Of a stretch of 64,000 bases of DNA, positions 55,486 to 64,000 are shown piece by piece. A model generated the notes under the pieces. It ran no database searches. It was not told where the DNA came from and saw nothing but the letters and a program-made list of their open reading frames with translations. This DNA is from an uncultured delta proteobacterium (GTDB lineage: Bacteria > Myxococcota > Myxococcia > SLRQ01). The position numbers and the translations under genes were made by a program. How positions within the stretch are numbered: position 1 is the first letter of the stretch; the number at the start of each line of letters is the position of its first letter. Location: the NCBI GenBank assembly GCA_963727485.1, contig CAVSGM010000001.1, positions 768,001 through 832,000 of the forward strand, in the 5' to 3' direction.

Positions 55486-57800
55486 GGCGCCTGGTCGCGT
55501 TCGGCTCCGTGGTGGCCCTGCTCACCGGCGCCGGGTGCCTGGCCCACGCCCAGCTGGTGCGCCTGTCGAAGCCCGCGGCCATCGCCGTGGCCTACGTCCA
55601 GGACGACGCGTACCAGCGCAAGAGCGTCGCCATCCCCGGGGCCGTGGCCGCCCACCTCGATCGGCTCCTCGAGGGCCGCAACCTCGAGCCCCGCCACCTC
55701 CCGGCGTCGACCTGGCTCCCGCGCCTGGGTCGGATGCGGGCCACCAGCGCCCGGCTCACGGCGGTGGCGAAGGGCGCCGGCGACGCCCCCTACGTGCTCC
55801 TGGTGGAGCTGAAGCCCGCCTTCTACTCCCAGATGAACGGGCGCTACCGGTGGACCGTGGACCTCAAGGCCACCGTGGCCCCCAGAGGCGACCTGGCCGC
55901 CGCGGTGAGCACCTCGGCCCAGCTCCCGGCGTTCCTCCTCTACGACCACGAGCGCGACGCCGCCGCCATCACCGCCGTCGACGGCCTCATCGCCGACCGG
56001 GTCTCGGCCCTGGTCGACGACTTCCTCGCCAGCCGCCAGCCCTCCCCGGGAGGTGGAGGGTCCGGCGGCGCGCGCGCCCACGGCTCCGGCGGTGACCACG
56101 CCGCCGGGGCCCTGACCGGACGCAGCCCGGACCCCGCCGCCTGGCGCCCGGCGCCGTCGCCCCAAGGCGACGCCATCTACTTCGCCATGGTCGACCGCTT
56201 CGCCGACGGCGACCGGTCGAACGACGCCGGCGTCGACAGGCGCGATCCCTCGGCCTGGCACGGCGGCGACGTCGCCGGGATCCTCGCGCACCTCGACTGG
56301 CTCCAGCAGCTCGGGGTGAAGACCCTGTGGCTCTCGCCGGTCTACGACTGCCGCCACGCCAAGCTCGACGGCCACGGCGCCTTCCACGGCTACTGGGTCT
56401 TCGATCCCCTGCGCCCGGACCCGAAGTTCGGCTCCTTCGCCGACCTGCGCCGGCTCTCCGACGCGCTCCACGCCCGGGGGATGCGCCTGCTCCTCGACGT
56501 GGTGGTCAACCACCTGGGCTACGACGCGCCCCTGGTGAGCCAGCACCCGGGCTGGTTCCACCATGAGGGCGACATCACCGACTGGAACGACCCCGAGCAG
56601 CTGGTCAGCCACGACGTCCACGGCCTCCCGGACCTCGCCCAGGAGAAGCCCGCGGTCTACCGGTGGCTGATGCAGCGCGCCGAGCTGTGGATCCGCAAGG
56701 TCCACCCCGACGGCTTCCGCCTCGACGCGGTGAAGCACGTGCCGCTCTCGTTCTGGCACCGCTACGACACGGCCCTGCGCCGGCGCCACGGGGACGGCTT
56801 CTTCCTCCTCGGCGAGGACCTCGACGGCGACGCCGCCCACCTCGCCCACACCGAGCGCGCCGGGGCCTTCACCAGCCTCTTCGACTTCCCCCTGCACTTC
56901 GCCCTGGTGGACGTGTTCTGCAAGGACGCGCCGCCGGCGCGGCTGGCGTCGATCCTCTCGCTCGACCGCCTCTACCCGCGGCCCAACGAGCTGGTGACCC
57001 TCCTCGACAACCACGACCTCCCGCGGATCACCACCGCCTGCCACGGGGACCTGGGCCGGGTGCGCCGGGCGCTCATGACCATGCTGGCGCTGCGGGGGAT
57101 CCCGTCGATCACCTGGGGCACCGAGGACGCCCTGAAGGGCGCCCACGAGCCGGCGAACCGCGGCGACATGGTCTTCGACCCCAAGGCCCCGCTGCGGGCG
57201 GACATCACCGGCGACCTCGCCTTCCGCCGGGTCCACCCGGCGATCACCGGGGGGCTCACCCGGGTGGTGGACCTGGGGCCGGGGCGCCTGGCGCTGCTCC
57301 GCCTGGCGCCCGGCGACGCGGTGCTCCTGGCCCTGAACCAGGGCAAGGCCAAGGCCACCGTGACCCTGCCCCCGGCCTTTTCCGCCGCCAGCGGGGTGAA
57401 GACGGTGACCGTGCCCGCTGGCGGCGTCCTGCGCCGGGCCCTGCCGCCGAAGCACGCCGGGGGCTACCGGGGCCTGGTGACCCGGTGGCGGCGCGGCGGC
57501 ACCCTCGATCATCCGGGGGCCACGCGGCGGGTGACCGTCCACGCCACCGGCGCCCCGGTGAAGGCCGGGGACGCGCTGGTGGTCGTCGGCGCCGGTCCCG
57601 AGCTCGGATCCTGGGACCCGGCCCACGGCGCCGCCGTCGGCCCGGATCACGCTGCCCACCTGGAGGTGCCGTCGGGGCTGGTCCTCGCCTTCAAGCTCGC
57701 GGTGCGCCACCCCGGCGGCAAGGTCACCTGGGCCCAGGGCGGGAACCACTACCTGCTGGTGCCCGAGCACGGCGCGGCCGCCGCCACCGTCGCCTGGTAG
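55476..57800 (+). CDS. GH13 alpha-amylase-family lipoprotein: unknown N-terminal domain, catalytic domain, CBM20
   Basis: Lipobox-like GAGC; IYFAMVDRFADGD, FHGYW, DVVVNH, DGFRLDAVKH, DNHD; C-terminal VVGAGPELGSWDP..W..GGNH. Confidence 0.88.
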   Translation: MVLRRLVAFGSVVALLTGAGCLAHAQLVRLSKPAAIAVAYVQDDAYQRKSVAIPGAVAAHLDRLLEGRNLEPRHLPASTWLPRLGRMRATSARLTAVAKGAGDAPYVLLVELKPAFYSQMNGRYRWTVDLKATVAPRGDLAAAVSTSAQLPAFLLYDHERDAAAITAVDGLIADRVSALVDDFLASRQPSPGGGGSGGARAHGSGGDHAAGALTGRSPDPAAWRPAPSPQGDAIYFAMVDRFADGDRSNDAGVDRRDPSAWHGGDVAGILAHLDWLQQLGVKTLWLSPVYDCRHAKLDGHGAFHGYWVFDPLRPDPKFGSFADLRRLSDALHARGMRLLLDVVVNHLGYDAPLVSQHPGWFHHEGDITDWNDPEQLVSHDVHGLPDLAQEKPAVYRWLMQRAELWIRKVHPDGFRLDAVKHVPLSFWHRYDTALRRRHGDGFFLLGEDLDGDAAHLAHTERAGAFTSLFDFPLHFALVDVFCKDAPPARLASILSLDRLYPRPNELVTLLDNHDLPRITTACHGDLGRVRRALMTMLALRGIPSITWGTEDALKGAHEPANRGDMVFDPKAPLRADITGDLAFRRVHPAITGGLTRVVDLGPGRLALLRLAPGDAVLLALNQGKAKATVTLPPAFSAASGVKTVTVPAGGVLRRALPPKHAGGYRGLVTRWRRGGTLDHPGATRRVTVHATGAPVKAGDALVVVGAGPELGSWDPAHGAAVGPDHAAHLEVPSGLVLAFKLAVRHPGGKVTWAQGGNHYLLVPEHGAAAATVAW

Positions 57801-57813
57801 CCCGCCGCCGGCG

Positions 57814-59361
57814 TCAGCCCACGTGCCGCTTCCACCCCTCCTCGAAGAGGCGGGGCAGCCGCGGCCGCAGGAGCGTGTGGGGGCGCTCGGGGATCCGCGC
57901 CTCGTCCGGGGGGAAGACGAAGAGCGCCGGGAGGTCGGCGTCGTCGAGGTAGCGGGTGGGCACGGTGATCCGGAGCCGCGAGGGATCCATCGGCGGCCCC
58001 ACCCGCCCGGCGACGTAGCCCCACTCGCCGAAGCTGGGGACGTTCACGTGGTAGGGCAGGGGGGTGAGCCCGGCGGCGCGCACCGAGGCCACGATGCACC
58101 AGTAGGCGCGCCGGGCGAAGTAGGGGCTCCCGGCCTGGGCCACCATCACCCCGCCGGCGTCCAGGTGCTCGCGGACCAGGCGGTAGAACTGCACCGTGTA
58201 GAGCCGCGCCAGGGCCGGGTTCGAGGGGTCGGGGAAGTCGCAGATGATGACGTCGAAGCGCGCCTCGGGGTGGCGCTGGAGCCAGGCGGTGGCGTCGCCG
58301 GTGACGAGGTGGACCTTCGGATTGTCGAAGCTGTGGTGGTTCACCGCGGTGAGCAAGGGGTCGGTGCGCGCGAGCGTGGTGACCTTGGCGTCGAGGTCCA
58401 CCAGGGTCGCCGACTCCACCGAGGGGTACTTGAGGATCTCCCGCAGGGCGATGCCGTCGCCGCCGCCGAGGACCAGGATCCGCTTGCGGTGCGCCGCCAG
58501 CCCCATGGGCACGTGGACCAGGGGCTCGTGGTACCGGGCCTCGTCGCCGGTGTGAAACTGGAGGTGCCCGTTGAGGTAGAGGTTGGTGGTGCCCCCGGGG
58601 CCGCGGGTGATGGCGATGTGCTGGTAGGGGCTCCGGGCGGCGTAGACCAGGTGCTCGGGGGCGTAGAGGCGCCGGTCGATGACCGAGACCAGCCGGGTGC
58701 TCACCAAGAACCCGGCGACCACCGCCGCCGTCGACACGCCCACCACCACCCACAGCCCGGGCGACCGCCCCCGGTGCCGCCGGAACGCCAGGAGGATGAG
58801 CGCCGCGCCCATGAGGTTGAAGGCCCCGGCGACGAAGGCGGTCCGGGCGACCCCGAGGGTGGGGTAGAGGAGCATCGGGTAGACGAGGCTCGCCAAGAGC
58901 GCCCCGCCGTAGTCCACCGCGAGCACGCTGGAGAGCACCTGGCGCAGGGCCCCGTAGCGCTTGATGGCCCGGGTGAGCAGGGGGATCTCCAGGCCCACCG
59001 CCACCCCCACGAAGAGGATGACGCCGTAGAAGCAGACGCGGAACACCGCGCCCTCCCAGGCGAAGATCCCGAAGAGGGCGAGGATGCCCACCCCGCCGAG
59101 GACCCCGAGGCCCGCTTCCACCCACACCAGCGTCGGCACCAGGTCGTCGCCCACGAAGCGGGACAGCCAGGACCCGAGGCCCATGGCGGCGAGGAAGGTG
59201 CCGATGGTCAGGGACCACTCGGTGATCGAGTCGCCGAGGAGGAAGCTGGCGGTGGTCCCGAGCAGCAGCTCGTAGACCAGCCCGCTGATGGCGGCGACCC
59301 CGACGGCGGTGAGCAGCGCGCCGACCTCCCGGCGGTCCTGGACGGAGGGCGCGGTTGCCAA
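57814..59361 (-). CDS. Membrane-anchored polyamine aminopropyltransferase (long SpeE-like)
   Basis: About seven N-terminal TMs (GLVYELL, GLEIPLL); SPYQHI, YHEPLVH, ILVLGGGDG, DFPDP, VPSFGEWG. Confidence 0.9.
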   Translation of the reverse strand: MATAPSVQDRREVGALLTAVGVAAISGLVYELLLGTTASFLLGDSITEWSLTIGTFLAAMGLGSWLSRFVGDDLVPTLVWVEAGLGVLGGVGILALFGIFAWEGAVFRVCFYGVILFVGVAVGLEIPLLTRAIKRYGALRQVLSSVLAVDYGGALLASLVYPMLLYPTLGVARTAFVAGAFNLMGAALILLAFRRHRGRSPGLWVVVGVSTAAVVAGFLVSTRLVSVIDRRLYAPEHLVYAARSPYQHIAITRGPGGTTNLYLNGHLQFHTGDEARYHEPLVHVPMGLAAHRKRILVLGGGDGIALREILKYPSVESATLVDLDAKVTTLARTDPLLTAVNHHSFDNPKVHLVTGDATAWLQRHPEARFDVIICDFPDPSNPALARLYTVQFYRLVREHLDAGGVMVAQAGSPYFARRAYWCIVASVRAAGLTPLPYHVNVPSFGEWGYVAGRVGPPMDPSRLRITVPTRYLDDADLPALFVFPPDEARIPERPHTLLRPRLPRLFEEGWKRHVG

Positions 59362-60201
59362 CTACTTGCCGAAGTGGAAGCCGCCGCCGGAGTGGTACCC
59401 GCGGTGGTACGAGTGGTAGCCGCTGTGGTAGCCGCCGCAGCTGTGGCAGTTGCCGAAGAACATCAGGAGGAAGACGAGGCCGATGAACCCCCAGACCACC
59501 ATCTTGGACTGGGCCGGGGAGAGCTTGGTGACGTTGTCGTCATCGTAGGCATCGTCGTCGTCATCGTCGTCGAAGCGGTAGCAGCCGGCCTTGAGGGTGG
59601 CCGGGTCGAGGCCGAAGAGGCTGGCCACCCGGGTGCGGCTCAGGCGCTCGACCTCGAAGACCTCGATCTCCTTTTCGGTCCACTCGACGCCCACGCTCCG
59701 GGCGTCGATCCAATGCACCGTGTCGCCCACCCGGGCCTTCCAGGTGAGCTCGCCCTCGATGTGGGTGATGGAGGCGGCGCCGGCCTCCCGGGTGTAGTGC
59801 CACTTGCCGTCGAGCTGGAAGCGGCTCCCGGCGGTCTTGGGGTCGAGGGGATCGGTGAGGCGCTTGGGGGTGTAGCGGCTGAACTGGCCGTCGTCGTACT
59901 GGATCCAGGCGCTCTGGCCGTCGGCGGCCTGGAGGAGGTACTCGTCCCACCAGTAGTCGCGCTCGGCGAAGCGCAGGTGACCGACGATGCGCCAGGCGAG
60001 GCCCTGCGCGTCGGTCCCGTGCATCCCCACCTCGAGGGGCTGGGTGAGAGGCTCGCGCTGGACCACGCCGAGGAAGGCGTAGTCGGGGCTGGTGAGGTCG
60101 AGCTGGGCGCCGCAGCTCCCGCAGACCGTGGTCTTGGCCCGCGGGTTGTGGATCTCGAGCGGCGCCCCGCACTGGGTGCAGCTGATGGTCTTCGCGGCCA
60201 C
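59362..60201 (-). CDS. DUF4178-like protein with Zn ribbon, TM and Gly/His/Tyr-rich tail
   Basis: CTQCGA..CGSCGA, WDEYLL, IEGELTW; tail GYHSGGGFHFGK. Confidence 0.8.
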   Translation of the reverse strand: MAAKTISCTQCGAPLEIHNPRAKTTVCGSCGAQLDLTSPDYAFLGVVQREPLTQPLEVGMHGTDAQGLAWRIVGHLRFAERDYWWDEYLLQAADGQSAWIQYDDGQFSRYTPKRLTDPLDPKTAGSRFQLDGKWHYTREAGAASITHIEGELTWKARVGDTVHWIDARSVGVEWTEKEIEVFEVERLSRTRVASLFGLDPATLKAGCYRFDDDDDDDAYDDDNVTKLSPAQSKMVVWGFIGLVFLLMFFGNCHSCGGYHSGYHSYHRGYHSGGGFHFGK

Positions 60202-60206
60202 TTGCG

Positions 60207-60512
60207 TCAGCTCATGATGGTGGCGGCGATGATGATCGAGACGCCCAGGACCATGGCGCCCATGGCGATGGCCACCGAGATGTTGTTCTTCTCGGCGAGC
60301 TCCTTGTCCACCGAGTAGGGGGTGACCCACTCGAAGACCTTCATCCCGATGACCGCGAGGATGATGCCCAGCACGCCGTAGATGATGGTGCCCACGATCC
60401 CGTGGATCAGCGTCTCGGACCAGGCGCCGGCGGCGGCGTGGGTCTGGGCGGCGGCGAGGCTCGCCGGAAGGATGAAGGCGAGGGGGACGAGGGCGAGGCG
60501 GAGGCGCGTCAT
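60207..60512 (-). CDS. DUF350 family membrane protein
   Basis: FEWVTPYSVDKELAEKNNISVAI..SIIIAA. Confidence 0.85.
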   Translation of the reverse strand: MTRLRLALVPLAFILPASLAAAQTHAAAGAWSETLIHGIVGTIIYGVLGIILAVIGMKVFEWVTPYSVDKELAEKNNISVAIAMGAMVLGVSIIIAATIMS

Positions 60513-60514
60513 GG

Positions 60515-61117
60515 TCAGGTCTCCAGGTCGGACGGGGAAAGGGCCTTGCCGAGGAAGAGCACCGACACCCCCGGCGCAGCCATGACGATGGCCTGGTCTC
60601 CGTCCGCGGTGCCGTCGACGTAGGCGAACCGCTGGCCCGGAGCCAGGTGGGAGGTGATCTGGCCCTGGCCGCCCAGAAGCGAGGCCTCTCCGACCTCGGT
60701 GGCGAAAACCTTGCGGCCGAAGGCGTCGACGAGGGAGCCGACCCCGACGTCGAGGTCGAGCCCCGACTCGGAGGGGTCCGGGCCCTGCTCCCGGCGGTCG
60801 AAGAAGGTGAGCTCGCCCTCGTCCTCCTGGAGCCAGCCGAGCTGGCCGTCCTCGAAGTAGAGGGACCACTCGTCCCAGAGCCCGTCGTCGTAGTCGTAGC
60901 GGACCCGGCCCAGGGCGGTGAAGGGGCGGCCCAGGAGCTTGCCGGTGACGCCCACCTCCAGGCTCGAGGGGAGATCCGCCAGGGGTGCCACGTTGCCCGC
61001 CAGGGCCAGGGCACCCTCGGTGACCAGGCTGTAGGCCCCGCAGTAGGCGCAGACGACCACCTGGGCGGCCCCCCCGGCCTCGAGCGCGGCTCCGCAATTG
61101 GGACACGTTGCCGACAT
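60515..61117 (-). CDS. DUF4178-like protein with Zn ribbon
   Basis: CPNCGA..VCAYCG, GRVRYDY..WDEWSL..GWLQEDEG. Confidence 0.82.
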   Translation of the reverse strand: MSATCPNCGAALEAGGAAQVVVCAYCGAYSLVTEGALALAGNVAPLADLPSSLEVGVTGKLLGRPFTALGRVRYDYDDGLWDEWSLYFEDGQLGWLQEDEGELTFFDRREQGPDPSESGLDLDVGVGSLVDAFGRKVFATEVGEASLLGGQGQITSHLAPGQRFAYVDGTADGDQAIVMAAPGVSVLFLGKALSPSDLET

Positions 61118-61255
61118 GAGCCCCCAGAAATCAGAAACGGGCCCGGGCTTCAAGCCCCGCGACCGGGGGAGGGCGGGCCACCGCCGATCGGAAATCGGCG
61201 ATATCCTGAGGGTCCGCCCCTGGCCCACAAGTGACAATGGCGGTACAAATCGAAC

Positions 61256-62434
<1,179 letters not shown>

Positions 62435-62444
62435 GCCGCCGCCG

Positions 62445-64000
62445 ATGCGTCGCCTCGCCCCGCTCCTCGCGCTCCTCGTGGTGACCGGCGCCCGGCCGGC
62501 GCTCGCCGATCCCCCGGCGCCGCGCACGGTGGTCCTCTGGCACAGCTACCGCGGTGCCGAGGCCAAGGCCCTGCAGAGGGTGGTCGACCACTTCGAGGCG
62601 CAGCACCCGGCCATCCACGTCCGGGTGATGGCGGTCCCCGCCAGCGCCTTCTCCAACAAGATCACCAACGCCGTGCCCATGGGCAACGGCCCGGACCTCT
62701 TCATCGCCGCCCACGACAACGTGGGGCAGTGGGCGAAGGATGGGGTGCTCCAGACCCTCGATCCGAGCGCCCTCGGCGTGGACACCGCCAAGTTCATCCC
62801 CGAGACCCTGCACGCCCTCAACTACCGCGGGGCGCTCTACGGCCTGCCGCTCGCCTACAAGACGCTGGTGCTCTTCTACAACAAGCACCTCATCGACGCG
62901 CCGCCGAAGACCACCGACGAGATGCTCGCCCTGGCCCAGGGGCTCTCGCTGCCGGCCAAGGGCGAGTTCGGGCTCGCCTGGCCCACCGACAACGCCTACT
63001 TCGTCGCCCCGTGGCTCTTCGGCTTCGGCGGCCACATCTTCGATCCCAAGACCGGCAAGCCCAGCCTCGACAACCCGGCCTTCGGGCGGTCCCTCGCCTA
63101 CCTCCAGAAGCTGGTCCTCGAGGACCGGGTGGTCCCCGAGGAGTCGACGAGCGTGCTCACCTCGCGGCTGTTCAACAGCGGCGCGGTGGGGATGGTCATC
63201 AACGGCCCCTGGTTCATGGGGGAGATCGACAAGGGCGTCGACTACGGCATCGCGCCCCTGCCGGTGATGAGCGCCACCGGGCGGCCGGCGACGCCGTTCC
63301 TCACCGTCGAAGGGATCTTCCTCGCCGCCCGGGCCCACGACCGGCGCGACGCCCTGGCCCTCGCCGGCTTCATCGCCTCGACCGGCGCCATCACCCGGGC
63401 CGTCGACGGCCGCCAGTCGGTGGCCTGGGAGCCGGCCTACCAGGACCCCCGGGTCTCGGACGATCCCACGCTCATGGTGTTCCGCCGCCAGCTCGATCAC
63501 ACGCACCTGATGAGCAACGCGCCGGTCATGTCCTCGGTGTGGGCCCCAGCGAAGGGTGCCCTGGACGCGGTCCTCCGGGGCGTGCCCCCGGCCCAGGCGA
63601 TGCAGCGCGCCCAGTCGCGCCTCAGCGCCCTCACCCGCCCGGCGCCGCCGACGAAGAGCCCCACGCCCTACCTGCTCTTCCTTGGCCTGGTGGCGCTGGT
63701 GGGCGCCGGCTCCTGGACCGGCCGCGAGCTGCGCCGGATCAAGAAGGGCGGCCGCTCCCGGTGGGCCGAGGTGAAGAAGGCGAAGGGCGCCTACGCCTAC
63801 CTGGCCCCGGCGATGCGTGGGGATGCTGCTGCTTGGTGCTGGTGCCCTTCGCGGTGGGCGTGGCCATGGGCTTCACCCACCACGAGGCGGGCCACTACAC
63901 CTTCGTGGGCCTGGCGAACTTCACCGACATCCTCTTCGGGAAGAGCTACGGCATCACCGACCCCCTGTCGTTCTACTTCACCATGGTGGTCACCATCCTC
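62445..64000 (+). CDS. Maltodextrin-binding protein fused to a permease (MalE-MalF-like); runs off the window, indels near 63815-63835
   Basis: Absent from the ORF track; translation gives VLWHSY, GPDLFIAAHD, LFYNK, INGPW, then with no stop TM and AYAYLAPAM..VPF..FVGLANF..IL (MalF-type). Confidence 0.82.
   Translation, partial: MRRLAPLLALLVVTGARPALADPPAPRTVVLWHSYRGAEAKALQRVVDHFEAQHPAIHVRVMAVPASAFSNKITNAVPMGNGPDLFIAAHDNVGQWAKDGVLQTLDPSALGVDTAKFIPETLHALNYRGALYGLPLAYKTLVLFYNKHLIDAPPKTTDEMLALAQGLSLPAKGEFGLAWPTDNAYFVAPWLFGFGGHIFDPKTGKPSLDNPAFGRSLAYLQKLVLEDRVVPEESTSVLTSRLFNSGAVGMVINGPWFMGEIDKGVDYGIAPLPVMSATGRPATPFLTVEGIFLAARAHDRRDALALAGFIASTGAITRAVDGRQSVAWEPAYQDPRVSDDPTLMVFRRQLDHTHLMSNAPVMSSVWAPAKGALDAVLRGVPPAQAMQRAQSRLSALTRPAPPTKSPTPYLLFLGLVALVGAGSWTGRELRRIKKGGRSRWAEVKKAKGAYAYLAPAMRGDAAAWCWCPSRWAWPWASPTTRRATTPSWAWRTSPTSSSGRATASPTPCRSTSPWWSPS

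Overview
Very GC-rich bacterial DNA, probably Myxococcota or another deltaproteobacterial lineage (inferred from the PilZ proteins, lipoprotein hydrolases, Cys-rich sigma70-r4 protein and sigma54 activator). Most of it is housekeeping or metabolic: acnA, cobB, RlmL-like methyltransferase, pntAAB, speD/speE, cysK, phosphomutase, two Hsp20s and mscS. Three accessory blocks stand out. (1) About 13.0-22.0 kb is an apparent c-di-GMP/sigma54 module. It has a GEMM-I (c-di-GMP-I)-like riboswitch before a secreted beta-barrel protein and a PilZ-sigma54 activator. Divergent from the activator, a -24/-12 promoter with tandem upstream sites precedes a decayed PP2C gene, a PilZ plus putative acyltransferase gene, and an Rv1355c-type ThiF-nitroreductase. 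(2) About 48.4-64 kb is an exported glycogen/starch system: three lipoprotein GH13 enzymes, a LamB-like porin, MalK and a MalE-MalF fusion. (3) A DUF4178-DUF350-DUF4178-membrane aminopropyltransferase operon sits inside block 2 on the opposite strand. Many genes carry single-base frameshifts, often in homopolymers, which probably reflects long-read error. No rRNA, tRNA, CRISPR array or transposase was recognised. All family calls come from motif reading, not database searches.
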